The notes beneath the pieces were generated by a model, which saw only the letters and a program-made list of their open reading frames with translations, searched no databases and was not told the DNA's origin. Shown here in pieces: positions 50,653-64,000 of a DNA stretch of 64,000 bases; positions within the stretch are counted from its first letter, which is position 1, and each line of letters starts with the position of its first letter. The position numbers and the translations under genes are program-made. Source of the DNA: Camelus ferus (Eukaryota); contig NC_045696.1 of assembly GCF_009834535.1 (NCBI RefSeq), positions 48,176,001 through 48,240,000 on the forward strand. The letters run 5' to 3'.

Positions 50653-51954
50653 CTTCAGTCCATCCCTTTCCCGTTTATCCTCTCCCTCTTGGATTTGCCT
50701 GTGACAGGACACAAATGAGTGCAGGCAAAGCCCTGCTGTAACTGGTCTGCTCTCTCCAGGTTCTTACCTAAAAAGGCCTAGGTGAGTCATCTCACCTCTG
50801 CATCTCTCTGTCTTCAATTCAGAAAGGCAGGGGCAGCTAGCTCGGTTTCAGCCATTGCTGAAACTGCTCTCCAAATCTGCTTTACTGTTAAAACAGCTGT
50901 ACTTTGACCAGCACCAGGATTTGGAGTTCTGCTTTTACAACTGGTGGGACCCTATAAGGGAGATCATGTAACTGATTAATATCCCACAAATTTCTAATGA
51001 TTTGGAATAGTGCATATTATTCTGTATCAATAATTGTTCACTTTTTTGTCCTGGTTTATCCAAAGAGATTTTGTGATCAGTCATTGATTCACTATGCTTT
51101 CAAGCCTGTATCTTGCTCATTGGTTTAAAAGACAGAAGAAGTATTAACTTGCTTACTCTGTTCCCTTTTACACCAGTCTGAATCTGCTTCTAGGACCACC
51201 AGGGGTGGACCTAGTTTAGTCCCCTGAAAATTAGTGTGGAAGGACTGAGGCATCATTACTTTTCAGAGAACATTGGTGGAGCCTAGTAGGTGGTGGTCAA
51301 GACATGACTGCCAGGGTTTATCTTGTCTGGTGAACAATCTGTCCATGATTTTTAATCAGGAAGTGTCTAGGCCTGGAGGAAAGAAATTGAAAGCAGAGCC
51401 CATGTCACAGTAGGTAAGGGGATGGTTGTAATCAGCCAATGGGTACTGACTTTGAGAGGGTCTCTTCTCTTCAATGTCTCTGCTGCACACAGACACATAA
51501 GGAATCACAGCCATATACAGAAAAATGCACACACACGGACACTTACAGATGAACACAGCTGCTCACAGAGGGACACACACAGTTGATTTTCTCCTTGGGA
51601 CTGTTGTGTATATTATATCCACACCGATCACCAAATGAGCCATTTCGGTAAAGCCAAGCTGTCTTCTGAATCTCAGCAATCCTGTCAATTCTTTGAGGTC
51701 TTCAATGTGTTAGGCATTGAACCCTTCTTTTTCTGTGCCGTAAAAGTCCCATTTAATGTTTTTCAAAAGTTGTTTCCAAAGTAATAACTTCCTCTCCACA
51801 AATAGATTGTATGTTGCATGAGAGAAGATGAGAATTTGTTCTATAATTAGGATTGTATTGACCATAAGGCCCCAAAAAACTGAGAATAAAAGATTTGACA
51901 AAGTGAAGTGATTGCAGGGGCATGAGGGATGACCTGGTTACACCTCAGGAATGC

Positions 51955-52145
51955 CATAGATACTCATTCAACTCTAAATAAATGACCACCTTCTATGCCT
52001 CAGGCTCTGTGCAAAGTTCCAAGAATATACAGGTAAGAGACATGGTCTTTATGCTCTTAGAACTTGTAGCTTAATGGGGAATCAGATAGTTTTAAAACAT
52101 TTTTTTTTAAATAAAGAAAGTATAAACAAGTACTATGAGGTTTCA
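51955..52145 (-). mobile_element. L2 3' fragment
   Basis: ctcattcaac...caccttctatgcctcaggctctgtgc. Confidence 0.6.
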
Positions 52146-53669
52146 GCAATTAGTATATAACTTTTTCTAACTAATTAGTTATTTTCCCTTTTATCTGCTA
52201 ATTTGTTCTTATTATGCAAAAAGTAAAACTAGCATTAGCATTTGCCTAAATATAACCCTTTTAAATGCAAAATAGCTGAGTAATGTGTAACATCACATTT
52301 ATATTTAACCAAACTTTTTACAAACAAATAATATATTACCTCTAAACTATAATCAGTGTAGAGTCTATTGCTTGCTTTCTAAATTGAGTGATATTTATAT
52401 GTAGCACAAATTAGCACACAAAACAATTCTCCAAATGAAAGATTTGCTGCCTGGTTTAATCTGCTAAGTGGTTGTAAAACAAATGTTACCTTTAATGTTC
52501 TAAGATTAAAAAATACAATCGCTTGCATTAACCTACCTTATGGTTATACAAACTGGAGATAATTGACTTCTATTTAAGGGATCATAAGGATTACAAAAGA
52601 TTATACTGACACTCTTGTAAACTATAATTATCACCTTCTGATAATGATAACATGAGTTTACCTAAGTCTGTTTCTCTGCTAATTACCTATAATTGAGATG
52701 ATAATCTATGGGATAAATGAAGTTTTTTTGTTGTTGTTAAATCCCATACAACTCCTTAATACATACCTTTTAATTTTATAGTATAAGCTCATTGACTTAT
52801 TTAGGTACTAACTACAGGAAGAATTAATTTTTCATGAAATGCCAGCCACTGGTTTCTGTGGTGAGGCAAATAGGAAGCAGAGCTGGGGATCCCAGCACTT
52901 GGGGAAGCCCATCTGCTCAGCAGAAAGGGTGAGATGGCCAGTGGCTCTTAAGGAAAGGCATGTTACATTCACAAGCTAGAGAGCTGCCTAATCTAAGGGT
53001 GGACAAGCTCAGCAGAATCAATTCCTCCTTTAAAACCAACAGTTGGATTATAAGCATTTCCTTTTCCTTCAGTATTCAGGTCATCTATGTCTACAATGTT
53101 CTCTACCTGAAGAAATCAGTTTTTAAGTTCTTTCTTCAGAATTGGAGTGTTAACGTTTCTTTTTAAAAGATTGTTTAAAAGATTAACAGAATAAGAATCT
53201 AATCTCCTCAGAAGACTTTAACCATGAACTGGCCAAGGCAAATATAAATAAATATAGGTTTACAATGTGAAGGTGATAAGAATTAATGATGTTGTAGATT
53301 TTCACATCTCTTAAAACAATTGTTATCCAAACAATGAATACATATGATCTCTCAATAGCCAAGGGAAAATCTGGAATGACTATAATGGATTATAGTAAAC
53401 ATTAAAGAGATGAATAATCATGAATTCCTTAGAATTGGTTGAGAGGAGAAAAGTGGCTGAATCAAGGCCAGTTTATGGTATTTTCAAATAATTTGGGAAA
53501 GTGTGGCATGTTTTCATGGCTAGAAAATACAGTGCCATTAGGATATTAAGTATAGAGGAGCTAAGGTCAGACAGTGTGGATATAGCCCTGATGGTAGGTG
53601 ATGGCAGAGAGGTTCCTGCCATCTCTGCAGATTTGCTGTCATTTTCTGGGTTTCTACTGTTTGCTAGGT

Positions 53670-53825
53670 GAGTTTTTACTAGTCCTCAGAACAGTCCCTA
53701 CGTTGAGAGGCTCCGAGAGGTTAAGTTGCTCACACAAGGTCTCATATCCAGGATATGGGGAAGCTAAGATTTGGCTCCAGCCAGTTTGCTCAAAACCTAT
53801 GAGTGCTCCTTCTACCATAATACAT
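53670..53825 (-). mobile_element. MIR
   Basis: gaggctccgagaggttaagttgctcacacaaggtc. Confidence 0.65.
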
Positions 53826-55399
53826 ATCTTTTGATCAGTTGTGCTGAGGACTCAACCCCCTTCTGTCATTTCTTATGTAAATGTACTGGGCACTTGCAAA
53901 TTTTTGGTTGACAAGTAAGTATTCAGTCCCATAAGCTAATATCCTGATCTCCCTTTGGGGCACCCTTTTTTTATTTTTGGTTTATAATCTTAGTGGGAAA
54001 TTCAGTTCCTTACATTCTTTGTCCTTGCATGGATGGAGGAAGAGGTCATATTAGGTACATACTTGGTCTTAGCAAAATGAAAGCTTCCTTGTAGGACTTT
54101 GAATCTTAGGAGGGTGATGCTAGCAATAGCTGGGGGCTCTTTGCCACAGTGGGTTCGGATTACACTGCTCCTGCTGGTTTGCCTCTGCTGCCTTAGCCTC
54201 CTAGGAATCCCTTGACTCCTGAATGCTATCCAAGGCTAGTTTCCAAGTCTCCTTTTGGTTCAGTTGAATTTATAGCCTCCCAGCAGCATTCTATTTGTGC
54301 ATAGCCTGGTTAGAGCCAGTCTGACTAATATTATGACATGGGAACTTCCAAAGCCAAAGGCAACAGCAAAATGGAAAAAAAAAAAATAAAAAGATAAAAT
54401 CTTAAAAATCAAGGGGCCATTTCTTTAAGCAGAAGTCACATGTAAATTGCTTCATCTAAAATTCCTCAGTAGATTATAAACGCGGCAAGAAAACAACTGA
54501 ATTCAGAGACTGTATTAGCCTTATTGAGTTTGTCTCTAAGAGTCAGAGCCAAAAGCCATCCAAAGGGAACTTACTGAATGAACAGAATAAGCACATCAAT
54601 AGCACTTACTATTATTATTATTATTTTTTAAATTTCAGCCTCTCTAAAGATTTTTCTAAAACTCAATTTGTCTTTCTACTTTCCTATTTTTCTCTTAGAT
54701 TCTTTTTCACCCATTTAAATAGCATTATTGCTCCTTTGGTAATGCATTTTTTCCCTCAAATAACTTATATTTAGTAAGTAAAAATCTAGATCTTTTAAAT
54801 AATCATATTACTGAATATGCCTTTAATGTACAAATAATAAGTAAACAGTGGAGTCAGGGTGATGATTTTGTTTTGTGATGAATGAATTTCAATGAGGGTT
54901 CCAGGGTGCTGATCAAGAAAAACCTGGAGAAACAACTTCTTTCATGACTTTTTTTTTTGTATTACTTTTGACCTCTGATTTTTCTGTACAAAGTTATTTA
55001 AGCATGACTTCATTTGAGAACAGCTTCACAACTGGAAGAGGAAAGAGTTGTTGAGATTATTCTAAAATCTCTGGGGGAAAAAAGAAAATAAATGACTTCT
55101 GCCAGAATAAAATCTTTTAGTAGAGTGGCTGGAATTAGCTTCTTTTATTATTGAATTTAAAATTTAACTATTTTCTTCATGAAATTGGCATAAATTGTGG
55201 TGTACATTTCACCAGCTTCTTAGACAGTCTATACCTGACACGGAGTACCTTTTTCTACATTCAGATCCAGAAAGCTGTCTCTGGAATCTGTAGTGTTATG
55301 ATACCTCTAGTGAATTTCACGGACTAGAGGGCCTTAATCAGATCTCTGGGACTAGTTCTCCTTAAATATCCCTTTTAGATGTTAGTTCTAAAAAGAATG

Positions 55400-55855
55400 A
55401 TAGTAGAGACGAGGAGGATACGTGTGCAAGCCCTCAGAGTCAAACTGGGCGGGTTGAAAAATCAGTTTGGTTATGTAATAGCCGTATGTTCTTGGCCATT
55501 TTATTTTATCTGCTGTGTCTCAGGTATCTTACCCATAAACTGGGGCTCAGGCTACATCTAGCTCATAATATCATTTGTTCACTAAGTATTTATTGAGCAC
55601 ATATTGTGTACTATTTAGTACTAATGAGTACAGGGGAAACAGAAGTGAAAAAAAGAGTCAAAATTCCCTGCCCTCATGGAGCTCTGGACAATGGCCAACA
55701 CTCATCACTTACAGAGTTCCAGACACTGTTCTAAATGCAATATATACATACTATATATATACTGTTGACAACTACTTCATGGGGCAGATACAGTTGATAC
55801 TTCTATTACTTTACTCACAGAATCACTAAGTAACTTGGTCAGATCACCCAGGATT
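55400..55855. mobile_element. MIR / L2 3' end / MIR cluster
   Basis: tttgttcactaagtatttattgagcac...ccctgccctcatggagct flanked by MIR-like sequence. Confidence 0.6.
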
Positions 55856-55906
55856 CAGAGAACAAATGAAAAGGGCTCAGAGAAGTACATGCCATAAAGG
55901 AAACAC

Positions 55907-55945
55907 TAGATAGATAGATAGGTAGATAAATAGATTAGATAGATA
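55907..55945. repeat. Degenerate (GATA)n
   Basis: tagatagatagataggtagataaatagattagatagat. Confidence 0.85.
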
Positions 55946-57841
55946 TATTAGCTAGGTATTAGTTCTCATAGATTGTTCATGTATATATATATTTTTTTCT
56001 TAATCACAAATGTAATAGTATTCAAATAATACAGAAACATGTAAAGTGAAAATAAGAGTCCCTGTAATATCTTTCCATACTGTTAAGAGTTTGGCTTACA
56101 GTTTACTTGATGGACTCGTCATCCTCAGGTGTATGTGAAATTTAAGTTCCAGAATGTGATAAGCCGAACCTTCTAGTTACAATCTGTATTCATCTTGGAA
56201 ACATCAAGCGATGTCTGATATCAAAGAAAGTCGCCAGTAGGTAGGAAGTAGATTGCAGGAGGCACGATATAAGGAGTATCTAAGCAATTCCATAATTTGC
56301 ATTTTTCATTCCCCTTCTCTTAAGGACAGTAATATGAAACATCTCTTTTCTCCGTAGTAAAGAAAAGAAAGCTCTATTTTCACCTAATTGGATTGACTGC
56401 TAAGCGATTGAGAGCTTTAAATGTAAGTAGTTATTTAGTGTTACAACATACTTCAGGGCATACGCTCATTTTTATGTATGAGGAGTCACAATCATAACTC
56501 TCCTGGAACCAAGAGAATTATTCTCTGCATCTTTTTATACATTTTAAACCAAAATTGCTTGAAAACTTAGCTTCAATCTTTATTTCCTTTCTTTCATTTT
56601 GTTTCAGCTCAACTAAAAGGCTCTAAATCTTTATATAAACTAGTGCTTTGTTATTGTAATTACCAAGAAAATACTCTTGGTAACATGATTAACTAATAGA
56701 ATTTCCCTTAGTCTTTCAAACACTAATAGTATATCCCTATGCTTTAAGAAAGTAAAAGCTTATTGAAGAATCATGAAAGAAACTAAAGTGTGGTCTTTCA
56801 AGATGAGATAATATTTAATAGGTGCCACGTGGACCTACACAGAACTGTGTACAAATGTGAACTATTATATTCCAGATGTTGCCTAGTCAAAGCGAGGGTA
56901 TAATCGTAGGCAACATGGAGTGTGTGTAATAAGGGGTATACAGAGCACTCAGGGCAGAGAGAAATTTTAAGAACTTCCATTAGTATTTTTTAGTCTAAAA
57001 TTGGGGAGATATAAGGCTTTGCTACATTTTTTATGTTAGTAAAATTAAGAAATGGCTAAAAAGGATTCCTGTGGGCAGATTTGTATTGAGGTTACGCATA
57101 AGCAAAGATAAAATGGAGAAAATGATGTCTCTCCTATTTCTGTTCTCTTCATCAGCCACATGAAGAGGTAGAACATTGATTACCTGGTCATATCTGTCAT
57201 GAAGCTCTTTAAAAAAAAAAAACCAAAATTTCAAGGAAGACTGTTTGAAGTGTGGACTCATACACACATTAATGACGAATCTCACCCTAGATGCGTCTTG
57301 TGCTCGAGGTGCTAGCAGTAAACGCGATGTGTAATGTATATATAACATGACATACACGTGCACTAGGAGGGCTTCTTCATATGTTTTTCCTCAACAGTAA
57401 AAATTTTGGGAAAAAATTTTGGGGAACATGTATCCTGCAGTATCCTGTGAAGACAGCAACCATTTCATCTCTCTGTTGAAGGGCAAATTTATCAGAGGGG
57501 AGGTATCACATACACCACAGATTGCAAACACATTTTCTTTGAGTCAAGTCTGGTTTTCAGAAATGAATGTTTCACACAGCTTACACAGTGTTATTTATTT
57601 ATTTAACTCAGTTGCTTACATTTAAAACTGAAGAGATTTCACATTTTAAAGATACAGATTTTTTTTTTTCTGTCTTGCAAAACTCTGCCAGTATTCTGTA
57701 TGCTTTTCTACCCTGGGAACCATCTTCTCTCTTTAGTCAGAGCACATTCTTTCAGATTCCCTACAGTTTCCTCTCTCTCTCTCTATCATAGCCAGACCGC
57801 TTCACTCATTCATGTCCTTGTTTGCATTTGACTCCATGAAC

Positions 57842-58212
57842 TGTGGTATAAATGCTAGCGGCGGTAGAGAGCTATCTGTCCCACAAAGATCCAAACTCTC
57901 CCCACACTGAGGAGCACAGAGTGAGTGCTGGGAAGCAGCTGCCGAGCCAGGACTGTCCCTTCATTCCCCGCTCATCTCACTGGGACACCGGGGCTAGTTC
58001 TCATGGAATATGAGTGGATGTGACATATGTCCCAAAGAGCTTTCCTTGTGAGGAGGCCCTGGCAGAGAATAACACCCTCAGACAGCTGAAGTCCGGTACC
58101 TGAATGACTGCACGGGAGGCATCCTCCAGATGAGGAAATCATTTCTACTGTGATAACCCAGTAAAAGTTGTGGATTTATTTGTTGCAGCAGCAAGCTGTA
58201 CAGTGACTCATG
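57842..58212 (+). mobile_element. Old MLT1 (I/J-like) LTR
   Basis: ggtacctgaatgactgcacgg...ggatttatttgttgcagcagc. Confidence 0.65.
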
Positions 58213-60887
58213 CACACTAATATTCATGAAATACTTATATCCTGGTTAATTAGAAAGCACTGTCATGCTTACAGATAACTGGCATGGAGGAATAAACTGA
58301 AATTAAGCCTGCAGATACAGTTTGTCTGCATTTAAAAAAAAGTAGATTTGGGTATAAAAGTTTGCTCTTTAGTCAGTTACTTTTTTGTTATTGTAAAGTA
58401 AAACTAAATGATGTCAGTACATATAAATAATTAACATGACAGCTTAAATTGTGACCCTACTTCTCTGTCACAGCAAAGATTAAAAAAAAAAAATAAAACA
58501 AGCTTAAGACCAGGTATTAAATTTTGAAACTATTAAAAACTTCTATAATTAGGGTGTCAAAACAATTGTATCTTCTCCTACTCTCAGATTTTTACTCTTT
58601 TTTATTTTAAGCATCTATATATGCTACAACCTAAACAAACATAGAGGAGAAAGAAAATAATGGTTCTTTCTAGACTAAATAAGTTAAAAACATCTATTTT
58701 CCAGGGACAGGCTTAAGAAAAATTCTAAGCAGCGGATTATTTGCAAACACATTTTATTCCAGAATAACATATGAGGAGAAATTAAAAAACTAACAATTTG
58801 ACTTCAGAGGGGGAAGAAACAGGTTAGAATGGAGCTGTCCCAACACATATCCTGCGTCTTGGGTAGGAGGGAGAGCCTTGCTATTACGCAGGGGAGATCT
58901 GTATACTGATTGTTTTAAATCTGGCATGAAATGTGTGTACATGTGTCCTGGGCAGGAACAAAGCAGTGGGTATGAGGTCAGCCTATGACTCCAGTGGCCA
59001 GAATAGAGTTGGTCAGTCTTGGAAAACAGAAAGACCAAGGAGAAAAGTCAGATGAGCAGGAGAGAGAAGTTGGCTTGGGTGTTGAGGCAGGGATTCTGGA
59101 TGGGGCTTGTTCCAATCTGGTGATGTGCTTACCTTGCCCTACAGTTGCTTACTAGGGGAGAGTCACTGGCAGTCTGAGGCGGCACTGGACCTGCAGGTGG
59201 GAGCTGTGGAGCTTTAACCTCCCAAATCAGATGCACGGAGGGACAGGTAGCTACAGGAACACCGCAGTAAATCGGTACTGCGGCACCTTTAAGTTTGTTC
59301 ACTGCCTCTCTGAACCACTGATTTTTGCTTCCTTGAAGTACCAAGGATTTCCCAGCCCCAAGAAGACCAGAGTGATGGCTTGGTCTAACATACTCTAGAC
59401 ACCACTGCCCCAACAAGGAAAAATTCACATGAGCACTGTGTTTGTAGAAAACCATAGATTGAGACCAAAGTTTTATTTAACCCAGGAATATATAACTTGT
59501 CCCTTTTTTGGCTTTCTGAGCATAAAGTTAGAATTAAAAAATTGCAAAATCCACAGCACTTGGAGTAGTTGTGCAAATCGGAGTGTGTTTCCCGCTGGTT
59601 GAACTGTACTTCAGCTAACCTCTGGTACCTCTTTGTATTCAGATAATTCTGTATTTCTACATACAAATCTATTTTGTTGCAGAAGATGGATTAAACTATT
59701 TTAGTATTTTCCTTGTAGTATACAGACTTAACAAGTCTTGAATTAAGGGATTTTTTTTTCATATTTTAAAGTTTCCAAAACTTCACTGATCTTTATTCCC
59801 TTGTTTATTTGTTAACTTTTTCACTAATTGAACAGATATTTGTTAACAGATATACATCATTGTAGGTACTGGGGGGTTCCAAAGATGAGTAAGATGTAGT
59901 AGCTAACCTCCAAGAACTTACCAGATTAAATCACCTGAGACTTATTAGGTAGTACAGAAGAAGCAAAATACGACTAATAATAGACTTAATCAGGGTGCTA
60001 CTTGGGTTTTAATCTGGATAATATTCCTTAAAATGTTTCCTTCTAAACCAACATTCTGAGTTTATTGCTTTTTTTTTCTTATTGGTTAAAATCATCACTT
60101 AAACAGGTATGATCTTGAATACATGTGGATTGACTTGATTTGCCAGCATTCCAAACATTTGAAAATGTTTTCACTTATTATTACCATTACAGAAATAATA
60201 CCCTGTGGCAAGGGCTGCTGGAACATTGAAGTTGAAAGGATCACCAAAAATATCCCCCAAATAAGATTTAGAAGTGTTTGTTCCAACTGGTGATTCCTTG
60301 CTCATAAATGATGAGTCATTGTTAAAAGCCAGCACCTCAGACTATTGTATGATTCCAAAAAATCATTAACTCTCCAGTGACATGACTCCAGAACAGTTTC
60401 TAAATGATGCAAGTAACCCTGTTATTTGACTGCACTGGAATTTCATGTAATTTACTCAGCATGTTTTCAATATTGCTTAAGAAGAGATTTTACTAAAATC
60501 TTTTTGTTTGCTTGGAAATCTGAATATAATCTTGGAAGGAGTAATAAATGGTAATCATGGCTACTAATGTGCTTTAGGAGTAATGGCAAAAAGGAGAGGT
60601 TGTATATATGTATATGAAGGAAACATAATATATTTAACATCCAGTAATCTAGTAATAAGTGTAGGAACTTCGAAGAAGAATTATTTTGTATACATCTTAA
60701 TAAATGGATGACCAGTGATGGTACTTTAAAAATAGACTATATTTGCATTAAAATAAAGTTAGATTTATAGTGCATGCAAAAGTCACATAATAATTTATGT
60801 TAAAAAATACAGTATATTCTTAAAAATATTAATTTCATTTCAAATAAAAATTTTATAGATTTTGTCCTCTAATTGGATGTTATTTCT

Positions 60888-61265
60888 ATTTTTTAAATTA
60901 ATTTATTTTTAATTGAAGTATAGTCAATTACAATATGTCAATTTTCTAGTACAACACAGTGTCTCAGTCATGCATAACATGCATATATTCGTTTTCATAT
61001 TCTTTTTCATTAAAGGTTATTATAAGATACTGAATATAGTTCCTTGTGCTATACAGAAGAAACCTGGTTTTTTTTAATGTATTTTTATATATAGTGGCTA
61101 ACATTTGCAAATCTCAAACTCCCAAATTTATCCCTTCCTACCCACTTCCCCCAGTAACCATAAGATTGTGTACTATGCCTGCGAGTCTGCTTCTGTTTTG
61201 TAGATGAGTTCATTAGTGTCCTCTTGTTTCTTTTTTAAGATTCCACATATGGGCAATACCATATA
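60888..61265 (-). mobile_element. Young camelid-type L1 3' end (5'-truncated)
   Basis: attgaagtatagtcaattacaat...aaatctcaaactcccaaatttatccc...gtagatgagttcattagtgtc. Confidence 0.85.
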
Positions 61266-61424
61266 ATGTCATAAAATAAAGATAAGGAGAAATACATGAT
61301 TAGTTTCACTTTATTTGTTCTAGTAATGCAAATTTTCTTTAAAAGAGGCTTTACAAAGTTTTAGTCACAAAGTTGGTAGATAGACAAGAACTTAGATCAG
61401 CAGCCTTACTAGAAGGAAGGGAGC

Positions 61425-61620
61425 AATACAGCAGAGTGATTCAGGGATGGGCTGTAGGGTCACACAGCCTGGATTCAAATCCCAGCTCTTCCACTTTCTA
61501 GCTGTGGAACTTTGCAAAGGAAGAGTACCCTCTCTGTGCCTCAGTGTCTTCATCTTCATTTCATCATACCCCGTAGGTCTGTTGTATGATAAAATGAATC
61601 TGTTACTAGTCTTATTATAA
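61425..61620 (+). mobile_element. MIR
   Basis: cctggattcaaatcccagctcttccactt...ctctgtgcctcagtgtcttcatc. Confidence 0.8.
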
Positions 61621-62399
61621 TTGCAACTACTACCACTACCACATTAGCCGTTACTACTCCTGCTACAGGATAACCAAGAAAGAGTTGAATTTTGTAGAAG
61701 TCAGCTAAGGCAGAACAAGATAACAATGTTCAAACAGTATTAACCTTAATTCACTTTAATGTGAGGATGTCTAAAAACCCAAATAAGCACATAAAGTGAC
61801 AAACATCAGATAGTCATGAGATGATCAAGAGTCCAATAGTTTGAGTTCTTCCTTAGACTGCATAGTGTTTCAACATTGGGGCTCGGGATCCAAAAGATTG
61901 CCTAGACTTGAAAAAATACGGAGCACTGTTTCTGCTGGGTTCAGTGAATAGCTTTAAAAGGGAAAAGCAAAGCACTATTTTCTTAAGGTTTTCACCTCTG
62001 TGTCTTGCCCTCTTGGGATGGAGAACCCAAAGAAAGTGTTAGCAGAACCTCACTGTTAAGAAGAGGTATGCATTTAGATGGAAATTAGCTCAGTGTATTC
62101 CCAGGGATTTAGAGTTGACAGGGATAAACCTGGAGTCAGGCTACTGTAAGTCAGGCTGCAAGCTTCCTGTCAGGCATGCCAGTCTAGCTCAAACCTCAAC
62201 AACTGAGAAATGATTAGGTGAAAAATACCTTTGGGTAGATTGTGGTTTTGTTTCCAATTAGTTGCTGCCTCTCCCTATGAGAAGATTATTTTTTTCCTAC
62301 TCTATCAACAGGAGACTTGACCATGTATCTCGCTTTGTTCAATGAATTGTGAGTAAAGTGATATGTATTTTTTCAGAGCAGAAGATTTAAAAACTGTCA

Positions 62400-62610
62400 C
62401 ATGGTTCCAGTACTGCTTTTTTCCCTCTTCCAGAAGAATAACATGTCCTTGATAGAGATCCTCCTGTAATGTGGGACCCGAAATGGAGCAAAGTCAAAGC
62501 TGATCAGTAATCTGAATAAACATGAACACCGTGTAAACCTTGTTGTTGAAAGTCATTGAGATTTGGGGATTATCTGTCATTACAAGTTAATAAAGAATGG
62601 TTAATACATT
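62400..62610 (+). mobile_element. MLT1 LTR 3' fragment
   Basis: aaaccttgttgttgaaagtcattgagatttggggattat. Confidence 0.55.
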
Positions 62611-63630
62611 CCTCCTTCTCCTAGCAAAAAATTCTTTTACCTGAATGTATTGTGTTGCTCTTGGGAAAGTAATCTTATAGCGGGCAGTGTCTGTGCTAAT
62701 CTGAATTCACTGTTAAATTTTGCTTAAAATATCACTGCATTCTCTAAATGAAGACCATTTGTCTAATAGACAAAATTAGAAATGATACAGTTTTTTCCCT
62801 ATAGCCTGAGGTTAATTATAAGTAGGAGTAATATTTTGTTTGGCATAGTATGATCTTAGAAATGGAAAAGGAATTTCATTTCTTTTTCTGAGGAAAAATG
62901 AAACCTTCATTTTAAAGTTAAAATCTTTTAAATTCAGTGGAACTCATAATGATGCTTAGAATGAATTGTTATGTGATTTTTGTTCCACCTGCAATAGTTG
63001 GTTTCATCACTTTTTGAGAAGACAAATTGACATTCTGCATGACCTTTGAACACAAAGGGAAAACATTTTCAGTATGTTGAATGACAGCTGTGAGTGGAAT
63101 GGCTCAGCAAAAGTAAATCCAATTTACCGTTTTTGGAAGTACAAATCATATGAATAACCACAGTGTCTACAATTATGTCTGGCCAGTGCATGATTCTGAG
63201 TTGCTCTTCCCATATTGCCTCCTCCTTGAGTCTGAAGCATTATTTCAGAGAGACAATTCCAAGGAGTTATGTGTTAGTTCTAAACGAGGAAAGTATCAGA
63301 GACTTCTGGGAAAAAAAAAAAAAGAGACATTCAAGACTGGAAAACATAAGTGAACAAAGAATTTGCTGTCACAGGAGCCTTTGAAGGTGATTATATACCT
63401 TCTGGGCACCCATCAGTGGCACCCATTTATACTATTTTTAGAGGAAGATAAAAAGAAGCAGTGAGCTGTTGTATCTATAGATTCAACCTTAGAGCTTGAC
63501 TTTTTGAGATTTTTAGGTGTTTTTCATAGAGGAGGATGAAACATACTGTTTACTGAGAAAAGAAGAATAAAGCTGTGAACAACCTGGTTTTCCACTAACC
63601 CTGACTGCCTTGGATCCCAAAACAATGAGG

Positions 63631-63990
63631 TGTATTCGTCAGGTTAGGTTAGGCTTCTGTTAAGTCTCTGCCTCTCATTTATACTACTCTCACTGGTAGA
63701 TCAGCAAGGGCTTTGTTCCATACAGTCACTCAGGGACCAGATTGTTGAGGGCTCTACCTTCTATATTATAGCGACACTATCTGGAAGACATGATTCACAA
63801 GTTTCTCAGTTAGCATAGCAAGAGAAGAAAAAGTCTGGAGAGTCTTTCACCAGCAGTTAAAATGCTTTAGTCCACAACAGGTGCATACCGCAAACTACTG
63901 GCCAGAACTGGTCACGTGGCCTCGCCTAATTTCAGGGAGATAGGGAATTAAATCACCCTCCTATTTTCTTAATAGGATAAGAAAGCTAGT
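63631..63990 (-). mobile_element. Old MLT1 (K/L-like) LTR
   Basis: tgtattcgtcaggttagg...gtcactcagggaccag...tggccagaactggtcacgtggcc. Confidence 0.7.
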
Positions 63991-64000
63991 TATGAATGAA

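Noticed and set aside
51547..51681. Possible minus-strand exon ending in gtaagt with one open frame
   Set aside because: No polypyrimidine tract at the acceptor and the peptide is unrecognised
52990..53110. Minus-strand acceptor followed by VENIVDIDDLNTEGKG...*
   Set aside because: Short, ends in a stop, no recognisable homology or upstream exon
57031..57363. 110-aa ORF, possible 23-nt microexon and CpG patch
   Set aside because: The ORF crosses a poly-T run, has no homology, and such signals are expected by chance in 64 kb
1..64000. CRISPR arrays, operons, intact ERV or intact L1
   Set aside because: Mammalian DNA with no regularly spaced repeats; all LTRs are solo or fragmentary and all L1 ORFs are disrupted

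Overview
Eutherian, AT-rich, CpG-depleted non-coding DNA (gene desert or very large intron). It is most likely camelid, because it carries two tRNA-Ala(AGC)-derived Vic-1-type SINEs and cetartiodactyl-type L1 and LTR elements. No intact protein-coding gene or convincing coding exon is supported. The only ORFs with recognisable homology are decayed LINE-1 ORF1/ORF2 fragments. Much of the window is interspersed repeats: L1 of several ages, L2, MIR, MaLR/ERVL/ERV1 solo LTRs, hAT MITEs and microsatellites. The most informative structures are: (i) a 5.9-kb TSD-flanked L1 containing two 5' ends; (ii) a 3.4-kb TSD-flanked L1 and an older L1 that both keep 5'UTR, ORF1 and 3' end but lack most or all of ORF2; (iii) a ~217-bp non-repeat insertion with target-site duplication, ATTAAA and A-tail, probably a retroposed mRNA 3' end; (iv) an oppositely oriented L2 segment inside an L2. 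I found no evidence for a novel multi-gene system. Repeat family names are from recognition by eye, and boundaries without TSDs are approximate.
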